A DNA stretch of 64,000 nt, taken from the NCBI GenBank assembly GCA_030053925.1, contig JASGCX010000003.1, forward strand, positions 5,133-69,132, read 5' to 3'. The DNA is from Flavobacterium sp. GTDB lineage: Bacteria > Bacteroidota > Bacteroidia > Chitinophagales > Chitinophagaceae. Below are positions 9,652 through 18,704 of this stretch, in pieces. The position numbers and the translations under genes were made by a program. How positions within the stretch are numbered: the first letter of the stretch is position 1; every line of letters starts with the position of its first letter. The notes beneath the pieces are model-generated. The model was given only the letters and a program-made list of their open reading frames with translations, was not told the DNA's origin and did not search any database.

Positions 9652-10902
9652 TTAATATCTATTAAGTTCGCTGTATAAATTAAAAACCTTATTTCCATAG
9701 TCACGCTGCCTATAAAAACTTCTAACTAAATTATAATTATGTTGCCTAATTTGATTAATAATACATTCATTATTAGCATCAAGTACCCAGTTTATAGCAT
9801 TCTCTAAATCTATTGCATTGCCAGGCCTTACAATAAGACCGTTTTCCATATTCTTAACAACTGAACCAGAATTTTCGGTAGTAATAACAAATAATCCAGC
9901 AGCCAAAGCTTCAAAAATTACCCTTGCCGAGCCTTCGCAATATGATGTAAAAATAAAAATTTTATGAGAAGACATTAATAAAGCTAACTCTTTGCGAGTT
10001 AAAATACCGTGGTACTTAATATTATCTTTTACAATAACTTTTTTAAAATTTTCATCATTCGCTACATCTAAATCAATTCCACCAGCCAAATCAACATGAA
10101 GTTGCTCGTATTTAGATATTGTAGAAAGAAGCTCAATAATTCCTTTTCTATACTGCAGCCCACCAGCAAAAAGTATTGTATTTATATTACCTTCATTTTT
10201 ATTAAACTGGGGTAAAATATTCAAAAAAGCATCATCTACACCAAGATAAATAACTTTTATTTTATTTTCGGGCATACCACAGTACACCATAGTATTTTTA
10301 ACAAAATCGGAGTTTACTAAAATTGTATCATCATGCCCAAGATCTTGATACATTTTTTTATATAAAGGCAGTAAGTCATTCTTTAATTTTGCAAAACTAT
10401 CACTTGAAGGATATTGACCTTTATGTACCGTCATATAGTCTATTAAAAATGGATGGGCTATAGAATGATCGCAAATAGTTTTCATCTTTCGCCATCTAGC
10501 TACCCTAACAGATAAACCGCCATAACAGTTTCTATAATGATAAATATCGGCCTTAATAAAAAGTAGCTTTATAGCACATATATAAGAATATAGGCTATAG
10601 CCTATATTTACAACGCTTTGCTCTGCCTTTATTGAAATTTTACTAAAAATAGAAACACCTAGCCGAATAAAAATTTCGCTAAAATTATCTGCTGATACTT
10701 TCTTTATATCAATGTTATCAGAACCTCTATCTAAAAGCCTATTTATGCTCGGACTATTTTTTTTAAATCTTGCTAATAAACGTATAAAATTAGTGGGATA
10801 CCCGCCGGTAAAAAAAAGTTTTAAAATACCTCTTCTGTCCATTTCAGCCGCTAAAGCTGATAAATGAAAACGAAAACTGCCGTTTGAAATGATTGCTTTC
10901 AT
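9652..10902 (-). CDS. glycosyltransferase family 1
   Basis: 416 aa; C-terminal IFIFTSYCEGSARVIFEALAAGLFVITTENSG motif. Confidence 0.75.
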   Translation of the reverse strand: MKAIISNGSFRFHLSALAAEMDRRGILKLFFTGGYPTNFIRLLARFKKNSPSINRLLDRGSDNIDIKKVSADNFSEIFIRLGVSIFSKISIKAEQSVVNIGYSLYSYICAIKLLFIKADIYHYRNCYGGLSVRVARWRKMKTICDHSIAHPFLIDYMTVHKGQYPSSDSFAKLKNDLLPLYKKMYQDLGHDDTILVNSDFVKNTMVYCGMPENKIKVIYLGVDDAFLNILPQFNKNEGNINTILFAGGLQYRKGIIELLSTISKYEQLHVDLAGGIDLDVANDENFKKVIVKDNIKYHGILTRKELALLMSSHKIFIFTSYCEGSARVIFEALAAGLFVITTENSGSVVKNMENGLIVRPGNAIDLENAINWVLDANNECIINQIRQHNYNLVRSFYRQRDYGNKVFNLYSELNRY

Positions 10903-10947
10903 ATATATATTAGTGTTATGAAATAACTATTACTACCTAGTAATAGT

Positions 10948-11281
10948 TTAATTATTAGTTATCTTATATTTAATTACTCCATCTGAAACAGGTGCAACTA
11001 TTGCCAATGATGTTACACACTTAGTTACTACAGCACCAATGATACATGCTTTTCCAAGTTCAACACCCTGCATTATAAGAGCAAGTGAGCTAATCTAAAC
11101 ATTATTTTATATTATTATTGCGATAATAACTTATGTAAATTTATTTTTTATAATAATCGTAACTATCTACATGTGTTGTAATTGCTACATGCGATGCGAT
11201 TAAAACTATATCCCAACTTGTTACTCCTCCAACATCTAAAACATCAACAAAAGACTAATTATAACATATTTTATTGTTCAT
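10948..11281 (-). pseudogene. decayed hexapeptide acetyltransferase gene
   Basis: Own minus-strand translation gives MNNKICYN* then FVDVLDVGGVTSWDIVLIASHVAITTHVDSYDYYKK* then ISSLALIMQGVELGKACIIGAVVTKCVTSLAIVAPVSDGVIKYKITNN*. These are hexapeptide-transferase-like blocks interrupted by stops, and the whole is too short for an intact enzyme. Confidence 0.55.
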
Positions 11282-11411
11282 AAAATATCGATGGTTGCTT
11301 AATTGTACGCTTAGAATCATTTTCTTGAACCGTTTAGTTTAAACTATGTAAATAATTAAAATCATAAATTTAGGAACACAGATACTAAACTTTATAAAAT
11401 ATAATTTAAAA

Positions 11412-12779
11412 CTAGCTTTTGAATTTATTTAAAACCAAAATTTTATTGACAATAAACTTACTATCAAGTACTAAACGCTCTCTAAAATCTTTAAACGTAT
11501 CGTGTGTAAGAGTAAGAGATTTGGAAAAAACATAAGGAATTACAATAAAATCGGCTACGATAGTAGAAATAGCTGCTCCAGTAATTCCTATAAAATATGA
11601 TAATATTGCACACGAGAGCAAGCCAAAAAAACAAGATATTAAATATCTAATAGCTAAACCCTCATGTTTATTACATGCCACATGTACTACGCTACTTGTG
11701 TACCATAAAGCATTGAAAGGAATTGGCAATAAGAAACAAATTAATAAAGATTGATTCAATTGCATTGTTTTACCAGTCCACATTTGATATAAAGGTAGGC
11801 CTACAAAAGATAAAATAAAAACGCTAACAATTGAAATAGCTAACGAAATAGCAACACCTAAGCGATGCAATTGAGCAGCTTTTTTTAAATTATTGCTTCC
11901 GAAAGCTAGGCTTAACTCTGGCCAAATAACTTGATTAATCATTTCCATTAATTGATTAATTGTTCTTACTAGAGTTCGTAATGTACTAAAAAGTACTACT
12001 GCCAAAGGACCAATTATATATTGAACAACTAATATATTTCCTTGAAATAATAGCGCATTTCCTAAGGGAAATGCTTGAAATGCAAGCCCTTTCTTAAAGA
12101 GGGGCTTCACATCGTGAAAATTTATATTTTTAAAAGAAAATCTAACAGAGGGCAAAGCATACCTACTTATGAAGCATATTAAAGCCATATCTAGTATGGT
12201 TGTTATTAATATAGCAAGTGCTAAATAATCGAACCGCTTGGTAAAAGAAAGTACAATCAAGAGGATAAAAAAATCTATCCAATTTCGTAAGCTAGCAAGT
12301 AACATTGCCTGATGTGCTTTGTGTGCTGCCCTTAGTCGCCCCCCATATATCTCAGAAGAGAATGATATAAAAACTGATAACGATAAAAATACAACACAAT
12401 ATTTTAACTCAATAATATTGCCATATTCAACGAATTGATTAAAAGATACCCATGGTATTATTACACTAACTAATATAGAGCCAATAATTGTAATAAAAAA
12501 AACCAATGTAAGTGAGGTTGAAAAAACCTCTTTAGCAGTATTATTATCGCCAGATGAAACAGACAAGACCATTTCGTTGGATGCCACACTACCAAAACCC
12601 ATATTTGATATAGATAACCAAGAAGGTAAAGATGAAATAACCAACCAAAATCCATAATTCTTAGCACCTAAAGCCGAAATCATTACTGGAACTTGTATGA
12701 CTCTTATAATTAGCATGGATAGCTTACCCCAAGAACTAGATAAAAAATTTTTTAGTAAGGCAGAGTTAATACTCATCAA
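11412..12779 (-). CDS. wzx: polysaccharide flippase (Wzx, MOP superfamily)
   Basis: 455 aa, about 12-14 TM segments, typical N-terminus LLKNFLSSSWGKLSMLIIRVIQVPVMISALGAKNYGFW. Confidence 0.7.
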   Translation of the reverse strand: MMSINSALLKNFLSSSWGKLSMLIIRVIQVPVMISALGAKNYGFWLVISSLPSWLSISNMGFGSVASNEMVLSVSSGDNNTAKEVFSTSLTLVFFITIIGSILVSVIIPWVSFNQFVEYGNIIELKYCVVFLSLSVFISFSSEIYGGRLRAAHKAHQAMLLASLRNWIDFFILLIVLSFTKRFDYLALAILITTILDMALICFISRYALPSVRFSFKNINFHDVKPLFKKGLAFQAFPLGNALLFQGNILVVQYIIGPLAVVLFSTLRTLVRTINQLMEMINQVIWPELSLAFGSNNLKKAAQLHRLGVAISLAISIVSVFILSFVGLPLYQMWTGKTMQLNQSLLICFLLPIPFNALWYTSSVVHVACNKHEGLAIRYLISCFFGLLSCAILSYFIGITGAAISTIVADFIVIPYVFSKSLTLTHDTFKDFRERLVLDSKFIVNKILVLNKFKS

Positions 12780-12789
12780 AATACAAAAT

Positions 12790-13767
12790 TTAATTTGAGC
12801 CGATATATATATGTTGATATAAGTTTCTAGCTACTTTTTTGAACTTAATAAAAAATTTTTTTGAGGGTATAGTGCCATCTTTAATAAAATTATTTAACGC
12901 ATTTTCAAGTCCTAACTTACCTCCAATTTTAGCTAGTTGCTTTAAATCTAATTCACGCACACTTATATTGCTGTCTTTTATAAACGGTAAGACGATTGAT
13001 AAAAAAATGGATTTACCACATTTAACTATTGTATTATGTGAAATATTTCCACCCTCCGCTGTCCAAATTTTATTTTCTAAATACTCAAGATAATCATTTA
13101 AAGTTATCATCTTTCTAGATTCGGTAAGTTCTATCCTTGGACTAATTCGATATTGCGCAATTAATTGATTAATACATATAAACTCTACTTGTCTAGTAGC
13201 AGCAAAATCAAACTGCAACATCCAATCATGTATTATGTTATATGTCACATCATAGCCGCCTATTGTTTCAAATACAGATTTTTTAAAACAAAAAGCCGCA
13301 AAAGAAGCCTTTGGCCCGCTCAGTAGCATTTTAAGTGCTTTGGGATAAGTTGTTTTTTCAGCTACACTAAGTAAATAGTGATCTTCAAATAAACCTGTTT
13401 CAGTAAAGTGCCGCTTCCAGCCACCCATGATAAATCCTGCAGAACTATGTTTATTAATTGCTTTCGTGATATGTTTTACATAATCAGGTAATAATAAATC
13501 ATCACCTGAACATAAGCCAACCCAATCGCCAGCACAAGCATTTACACAAAAATTCCAATTTGCAGCCATCCCTAAATGCTCGGGAGGGCTAATAATACGT
13601 ACTTTATCACCAAAAGATTCTACTACTTCCCTTGTGCCATCCGTTGAATAATTTTCACAAACAACTATTTCAAATGGTGCTATTGTTTGACTTAAAATGG
13701 ATACTATTGTTTCACTAATAGTATCAACTTGATTATAAACAGGAATTCCAATAGAGAGTTTTACCAT
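12790..13767 (-). CDS. glycosyltransferase family 2
   Basis: 325 aa; LSIGIPVYNQVDTISETIVSILSQT...VVCENYSTDGT and a GDD motif. Confidence 0.8.
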   Translation of the reverse strand: MVKLSIGIPVYNQVDTISETIVSILSQTIAPFEIVVCENYSTDGTREVVESFGDKVRIISPPEHLGMAANWNFCVNACAGDWVGLCSGDDLLLPDYVKHITKAINKHSSAGFIMGGWKRHFTETGLFEDHYLLSVAEKTTYPKALKMLLSGPKASFAAFCFKKSVFETIGGYDVTYNIIHDWMLQFDFAATRQVEFICINQLIAQYRISPRIELTESRKMITLNDYLEYLENKIWTAEGGNISHNTIVKCGKSIFLSIVLPFIKDSNISVRELDLKQLAKIGGKLGLENALNNFIKDGTIPSKKFFIKFKKVARNLYQHIYIGSN

Positions 13768-13773
13768 ATAAAT

Positions 13774-15048
13774 TTATGAAATATACTTTTTAATAACCTC
13801 TACCATATAATCATAATGGCTTTCATTTAAGCCAGGCCAAACACCCAACCAAAACGATTGATTCATAATAATATCGGTATTAGTTAAATCTCCTACAACT
13901 CTATGTTCAATACTCGCATAGGCAGGCTGACGTAATAAGTTACCTGCAAATAATAAGCGGGTACCTATTTTTTGTTCTTCTAAATGTTTTACCAACATTT
14001 GTCTGTCATTGGCATCCCCTTCACGTAAGGTTAATAAAAAACCAAACCATGATGGATTACTATTGGGTGTAGGTTCTGGTAAAATAAAAATATCTTCAAA
14101 TTGCTTCATTTTGCTATGCAGCATATCAAAATTTTCTCTACGTTTTTGTATAAATTTATCTACTTTACGTAACTGCGATAAACCTATGGCAGCCTGCATA
14201 TCGGTTACTTTTAGGTTAAAGCCAATATGAGAGTATGTATATTTATGGTCGTACCCATAAGGTAAAGAGCCTAACTGCTGACCAAAGCGACACCCACAGG
14301 TATTGTCTTTTCCTGGCTCGCAATAGCAATCACGTCCCCAATCTCTAAAGCTTTCTGCTATTTTTACCAATTCAAGATTATTTACCACTACGGCACCGCC
14401 TTCACCCATAGTTAAATGGTGTGCTGGATAAAAGGAAAAGGTAGAAATATCGCCCCAAGTGCCCGTTTTTTTGTCTCTATAAGTAGCACCAAAAGAATCA
14501 CAATCATCTTCTACCACCCATAAATTATATTTTTTAGCTACACGCATTACTTCATCCAAATTAAATGGATTGCCCAATGTATGCGCTATCATAATAGCTT
14601 TAGTTTTACTACTTACTGCGGCTTCTATCAATTCGGCTTTTACATTATGTGTAGCAATATCTACATCAATAAACACGGGTATTGCCCCAAATTGAATCAA
14701 TGGATTTACGGTGGTAGGAAAACCCGCTGCCACAGTAATAACTTCATCACCTTTCATTATGGCACGGTTGCCTAGCTTTGGCGAGGTTAAGGCATAAAAA
14801 GCCACCAAATTAGCAGAGGAGCCCGAATTGACTATTAAGCATTTGGGTGCTGCAAAATAAGCTGCAAATTCAAGTTCTAACGCATTTGCAAAACGCCCAG
14901 CGGTTAACCAACCATCTGCCACGGCTTCAATGCCCATTAATAAATCATCTTCCTCAATTACTTTACCAGTTACAGGTATATATGTTTCACCAGCTATTAC
15001 TTGTTTACTTGTTTTTAATTCAAGTTGTTTACCGTTAATTTGTACCAT
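13774..15048 (-). CDS. rfbH: CDP-6-deoxy-D-xylo-4-hexulose-3-dehydrase (E1; RfbH/DdhC), PMP-dependent
   Basis: 424 aa, close along its whole length to my recollection of Salmonella RfbH. Matching blocks: [92 protein letters not shown]. Confidence 0.9.
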   Translation of the reverse strand: MVQINGKQLELKTSKQVIAGETYIPVTGKVIEEDDLLMGIEAVADGWLTAGRFANALELEFAAYFAAPKCLIVNSGSSANLVAFYALTSPKLGNRAIMKGDEVITVAAGFPTTVNPLIQFGAIPVFIDVDIATHNVKAELIEAAVSSKTKAIMIAHTLGNPFNLDEVMRVAKKYNLWVVEDDCDSFGATYRDKKTGTWGDISTFSFYPAHHLTMGEGGAVVVNNLELVKIAESFRDWGRDCYCEPGKDNTCGCRFGQQLGSLPYGYDHKYTYSHIGFNLKVTDMQAAIGLSQLRKVDKFIQKRRENFDMLHSKMKQFEDIFILPEPTPNSNPSWFGFLLTLREGDANDRQMLVKHLEEQKIGTRLLFAGNLLRQPAYASIEHRVVGDLTNTDIIMNQSFWLGVWPGLNESHYDYMVEVIKKYIS

Positions 15049-15054
15049 AAATTA

Positions 15055-15936
15055 CTATTGACATTTCTTTATATAATCAGAAATATATTTATCAACACTT
15101 GTAAATAAAAAATCAGGATATTCTTTTATAAATTTATTACTTAACATTCCGCCAAACAATGGTCTCTTAGCTGGTTGTTTTAATGAATGTGTACTAGAAG
15201 ATGCTATTTGCACAGATTCGTTATTTGGAAAATATCCTTTTACTCTAGCAGCTAATTGAAATCTTGTGCAATAATCGGTTGAAGACAAATGGTATATACC
15301 ATTTTTGTTATCCACCAGTAAGTTAAATAACATTTTGGCTATATCACCAGCATAAACTGGTGTAGCAAATTGATCATACGGAAGATTTAAAACCTTCTTC
15401 TCATTAGTAGTCAACCAAATCAACAATCGTTCAATAAAATTTTTTGCCCTTGCTTCTTCCCCATATACATTAGTAATGCGTGCTATAATAAAGTTATTAA
15501 GTGTACTAACGTGCTGCTCTGCTATCAACTTATGTTTACCATAGATATTAATTGGGTTGACATCAGCATCTTCGGTATATGGTCCTTTTTGCCCATCGAA
15601 AACATAATCAGTTGATAGATATATTAATTTGCAATTATTAACTTTGCAATACCCTACTAAATTAATCACAGATTGTACAGTACTTATATAACTATCTTCC
15701 TCATTAGTCTCACAATAGTCAACATTAGTTAAAGCACCACAATGAACAATAACATTTGGTTTAAACCCTGATAAACATACGTTAATTTCAAATTGAGATT
15801 CGGATGGATTAAAATGAATGGTATATTCTGTAGAAAAATTTACATGTGTACCAAGCGTTTCAAAACCCTTGCTAGTAAAAAATTTATAACAATGCGAACC
15901 AACTAATCCAGATGCACCAACAATCAAGATTTTCAT
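15055..15936 (-). CDS. NAD(P)-dependent nucleotide-sugar 4-reductase, RmlD-like
   Basis: 293 aa; MKILIVGASGLVGS Rossmann start; STDYVFDG...PINIYGKHKL (YxxxK) as in dTDP-4-dehydrorhamnose reductases. Confidence 0.7.
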   Translation of the reverse strand: MKILIVGASGLVGSHCYKFFTSKGFETLGTHVNFSTEYTIHFNPSESQFEINVCLSGFKPNVIVHCGALTNVDYCETNEEDSYISTVQSVINLVGYCKVNNCKLIYLSTDYVFDGQKGPYTEDADVNPINIYGKHKLIAEQHVSTLNNFIIARITNVYGEEARAKNFIERLLIWLTTNEKKVLNLPYDQFATPVYAGDIAKMLFNLLVDNKNGIYHLSSTDYCTRFQLAARVKGYFPNNESVQIASSSTHSLKQPAKRPLFGGMLSNKFIKEYPDFLFTSVDKYISDYIKKCQ

Positions 15937-16472
15937 TAAAAAGGCGATTTAAAATTTTGAAAACTCTCAAAAGCAGCATCTCTAGCAGATGTGATTGGCG
16001 TTTCTACGGGCCATTGATATCCAAAAGAACTCCATAATAATCCAGCTTCACAAGCTCTATTCTGAGAGGTGCTTGTATGATATTCTACAATTGTATCATC
16101 TTGCAAAGAGAGAAACCCATGTGCAAAACCTTTACCAATATAAACCGCCTTTCTGTTAACTTCCGACAATTCAACGGTGTAGAACTGCCCAAAAGTTGCT
16201 TCATTCGCCCTCAAATCTAAAATAACGTCTATAATTTTACCTTTTACAACGTACACCAATTTATTATGATCTTGCGGTGGAACTTGAAAATGCATGCCTC
16301 TAATTACATTTTTATTAGATACAGAATAGAAACTTTCAGTAAAATTATAGTCTAATCTACTAGCGGTATATGTTTCAGCATGAATGGTTTTAACAAATTC
16401 GCCTCTTGTATCTTTAAATGAAAGCAGTTCAAGCACAAATAAATCTCTAAAATCAGTTGATAAAATATTCAT
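15936..16472 (-). CDS. nucleotide-sugar 3,5-(or 5-)epimerase, RmlC-like cupin
   Basis: 178 aa; RGEFVKT...IRGMHFQ...KLVYVVKGKIIDVILDLR...GFAHGF pattern of the RmlC family. It overlaps the downstream start codon. Confidence 0.75.
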   Translation of the reverse strand: MNILSTDFRDLFVLELLSFKDTRGEFVKTIHAETYTASRLDYNFTESFYSVSNKNVIRGMHFQVPPQDHNKLVYVVKGKIIDVILDLRANEATFGQFYTVELSEVNRKAVYIGKGFAHGFLSLQDDTIVEYHTSTSQNRACEAGLLWSSFGYQWPVETPITSARDAAFESFQNFKSPF

Positions 16473-17564
16473 TTAGATAGACCATTTAATTTGTTTATCA
16501 GAGGCTTTTTGGGTGTACGTACTTATTTGTAAAACCCTTGCTGCATACAAATTAGTTGTATCGGCTAATTCATCTTTATACCCTTGTAAAGTAAATGCAA
16601 CAGTTTCATTAAAAGTTAAACTTGGCTGCCATTGTAATAAATTCACAGCTTTAGAAATATCTAATTTCAGCAAAGTTGCTTCGTGTGGTTTTTGCAAATT
16701 TTCGGGTATCGTATAGCCGCCTTTATTATCTATTTCTAAAATTTTATCAATCAACGCCTTCACCGAAAAATTAGCCGTATCTTCTGGCCCAAAATTCCAC
16801 GCACCAGAATATTTACGCCCCTCTAATACTAATTTTGCTCCAAGGTTTAAATAACCACTTAAAGGCTCTAGCACATGTTCCCACGGCCTAGTAGCATAAG
16901 GGTTTCTTATAAACAACTTTTCATTTTTTTTATACGCTCTAAAATAATCTGGTATTATCCTATCTTTTGCCCAGTCGCCACCACCAATTACATTGCCTGC
17001 TCTTGCACTAGCTACTAAACAACTACCATCTTTACTAAAAAAAGAGTGTATATATGAAGCAGTAATTAATTCAGAACAGCCCTTGCTAGCACTATATGGG
17101 TCTTTACCGCCCATAGGGTCATTTTCTCTATAGCCCCATACCCATTCTTTATTATCATAACATTTATCGCTTGTAACATTAATAGCCACTTTTACCGAGG
17201 GTGTGGTACGTACTGCTTCAAAAAAATTAACCACACCCATTAAATTCGATTCAAATGTGCCATGTGGGTCATCGTAAGATAACAAAACCAATGGTTGTGC
17301 AGCTAAATGAAAAGCCATATCGGGCTGAACATGTTTAAAATACGCTTTAAGTGCTGCACCATCTCTTACATCACCCTCATAATGGTGCATTTTGCTAGCC
17401 AATTTAGTAGTTACAAAATTATCATCGGTTGAATAAGGTGCTAAAGCATAGCCATAAACAGTGGCACCCAATTGCTGTAACCAAATACAGAGCCAAGAAC
17501 CCTTAAAGCCTGTATGACCTGTTACTAAAACTTTTTTACCTTTATATATATTCCAGAATGACAT
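16473..17564 (-). CDS. rfbG: CDP-glucose 4,6-dehydratase
   Basis: 363 aa; FWNIYKGKKVLVTGHTGFKGSWLCIWLQQLGATVYGYAL and YSASKGCSEL (YxxxK). Confidence 0.9.
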   Translation of the reverse strand: MSFWNIYKGKKVLVTGHTGFKGSWLCIWLQQLGATVYGYALAPYSTDDNFVTTKLASKMHHYEGDVRDGAALKAYFKHVQPDMAFHLAAQPLVLLSYDDPHGTFESNLMGVVNFFEAVRTTPSVKVAINVTSDKCYDNKEWVWGYRENDPMGGKDPYSASKGCSELITASYIHSFFSKDGSCLVASARAGNVIGGGDWAKDRIIPDYFRAYKKNEKLFIRNPYATRPWEHVLEPLSGYLNLGAKLVLEGRKYSGAWNFGPEDTANFSVKALIDKILEIDNKGGYTIPENLQKPHEATLLKLDISKAVNLLQWQPSLTFNETVAFTLQGYKDELADTTNLYAARVLQISTYTQKASDKQIKWSI

Positions 17565-17565
17565 G

Positions 17566-17690
17566 ATAATTAATAATTGATAATTAATAATTAATAATTG
17601 ATAATTGCTGATTGATAATTACTGATTGATAGTTGTTAATTAGTTAGTACTGATTGATAATTAATAAATGGTAAATAATGGTTAACAACG
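17566..17690. repeat. AT-rich short-motif repeat tract
   Basis: Iterations of ATAATTAATAATTG and CTGATTGATA(A/G)TT(A/G) (for example 17607-17620, 17621-17634, 17649-17662), immediately upstream of the rfbG start. Confidence 0.8.
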
Positions 17691-17893
17691 GATAATTACT
17701 AATTATAAAAAGATAGTTAATACTTGAGGGTCTTCAATTATTAATTATTAATTACTAATTATTAATTATAAAAAGATGGTTAATACTTGAGGGTCTCCAA
17801 TTATTAATTATTAATTACTAATTATTAATTAAAAAAAATATGATTAATACTTGAGGGTCTCCAATTATTAATTATTAATTACTAATTATAAAT
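17691..17893. repeat. 63-64 bp tandem repeat, about 3.3 copies
   Basis: The unit is AATTATTAATTATTAATTACTAATTATTAATTATAAAAAGATGGTTAATACTTGAGGGTCTCC. Full units lie at 17736-17798 and 17799-17862, with partial units at 17691-17735 and 17863-17893. The array abuts the rfbF stop codon. Confidence 0.9.
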
Positions 17894-18670
17894 CTACCAA
17901 ATTTTCCATTTTGCCTTGCCGCTATTCCAAAGCTGTTCAAGTTCTATTCTATCCCGTAGGGCATCCATAGGCTTCCAAAAACCATAATGTTTATATGCTG
18001 CAAGCTGCCCATCGTTGGCAATGTCTATCAAGGGTTTTTTTTCCCATTGTATATTATCCACATCGCCAGTTAAGTAGTTAAAAATACCTGGTTGCAGTAC
18101 AAAAAAACCACCATTAATCCACATGCCGTCGCCTTGTGGTTTTTCTACAAAATAATTTACATTGCCATTATCATCCATTTGTATATTACCAAATCTACCA
18201 GGTGTTTGGATAGAGGTTAAAGTGGCGAGCCTACCATGGGCATGGTGAAACTTAACTAATTCGCTAATATTTACATCCGATACACCATCACCATAAGTAA
18301 GCATAAATGTTTCATCTCCAATATACTTTTGTATGCGTTTAATTCTTCCTGCGGTATTTGTGGTTAAACCTGTATCTACCAAGGTTACTTTAAAAGATTC
18401 GGTATTTGAAAAATGAACATCTACTGTATTTTTTTCTAATTCAATAGTTACATCTGAGTTATATAGATAATAGTTTAAAAAGTATTCTTTTATTAAATGT
18501 GCTTTATAACCCAAACACAATACAAAGTTGTTGTAACCGTAGGTTTCGTAAATCTTCATAATATGCCATAAAATTGGCTTACCACCTATTTCTACCATAG
18601 GTTTAGGCCTAGCTTCGGTTTCTTCCATTAATCTTGTACCTAAACCTCCGGCGAGTATTACTACTTTCAT
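17894..18670 (-). CDS. rfbF: glucose-1-phosphate cytidylyltransferase
   Basis: 258 aa; MKVVILAGGLGTRLMEETEARPKPMVEIGGKPILWHIMKIY, the canonical RfbF/DdhA N-terminus. Confidence 0.9.
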   Translation of the reverse strand: MKVVILAGGLGTRLMEETEARPKPMVEIGGKPILWHIMKIYETYGYNNFVLCLGYKAHLIKEYFLNYYLYNSDVTIELEKNTVDVHFSNTESFKVTLVDTGLTTNTAGRIKRIQKYIGDETFMLTYGDGVSDVNISELVKFHHAHGRLATLTSIQTPGRFGNIQMDDNGNVNYFVEKPQGDGMWINGGFFVLQPGIFNYLTGDVDNIQWEKKPLIDIANDGQLAAYKHYGFWKPMDALRDRIELEQLWNSGKAKWKIW

Positions 18671-18704
18671 GAAAAATATTTTTTAATAAGAATAAGTACT
18701 AGTA

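Noticed and set aside
17691-17893. Possible CRISPR array, because of regularly repeated ~63-bp units.
   Set aside because: The units are contiguous, with no unique spacers between them. They are extremely AT-rich, and there are no cas genes in the window. This is a plain tandem repeat.
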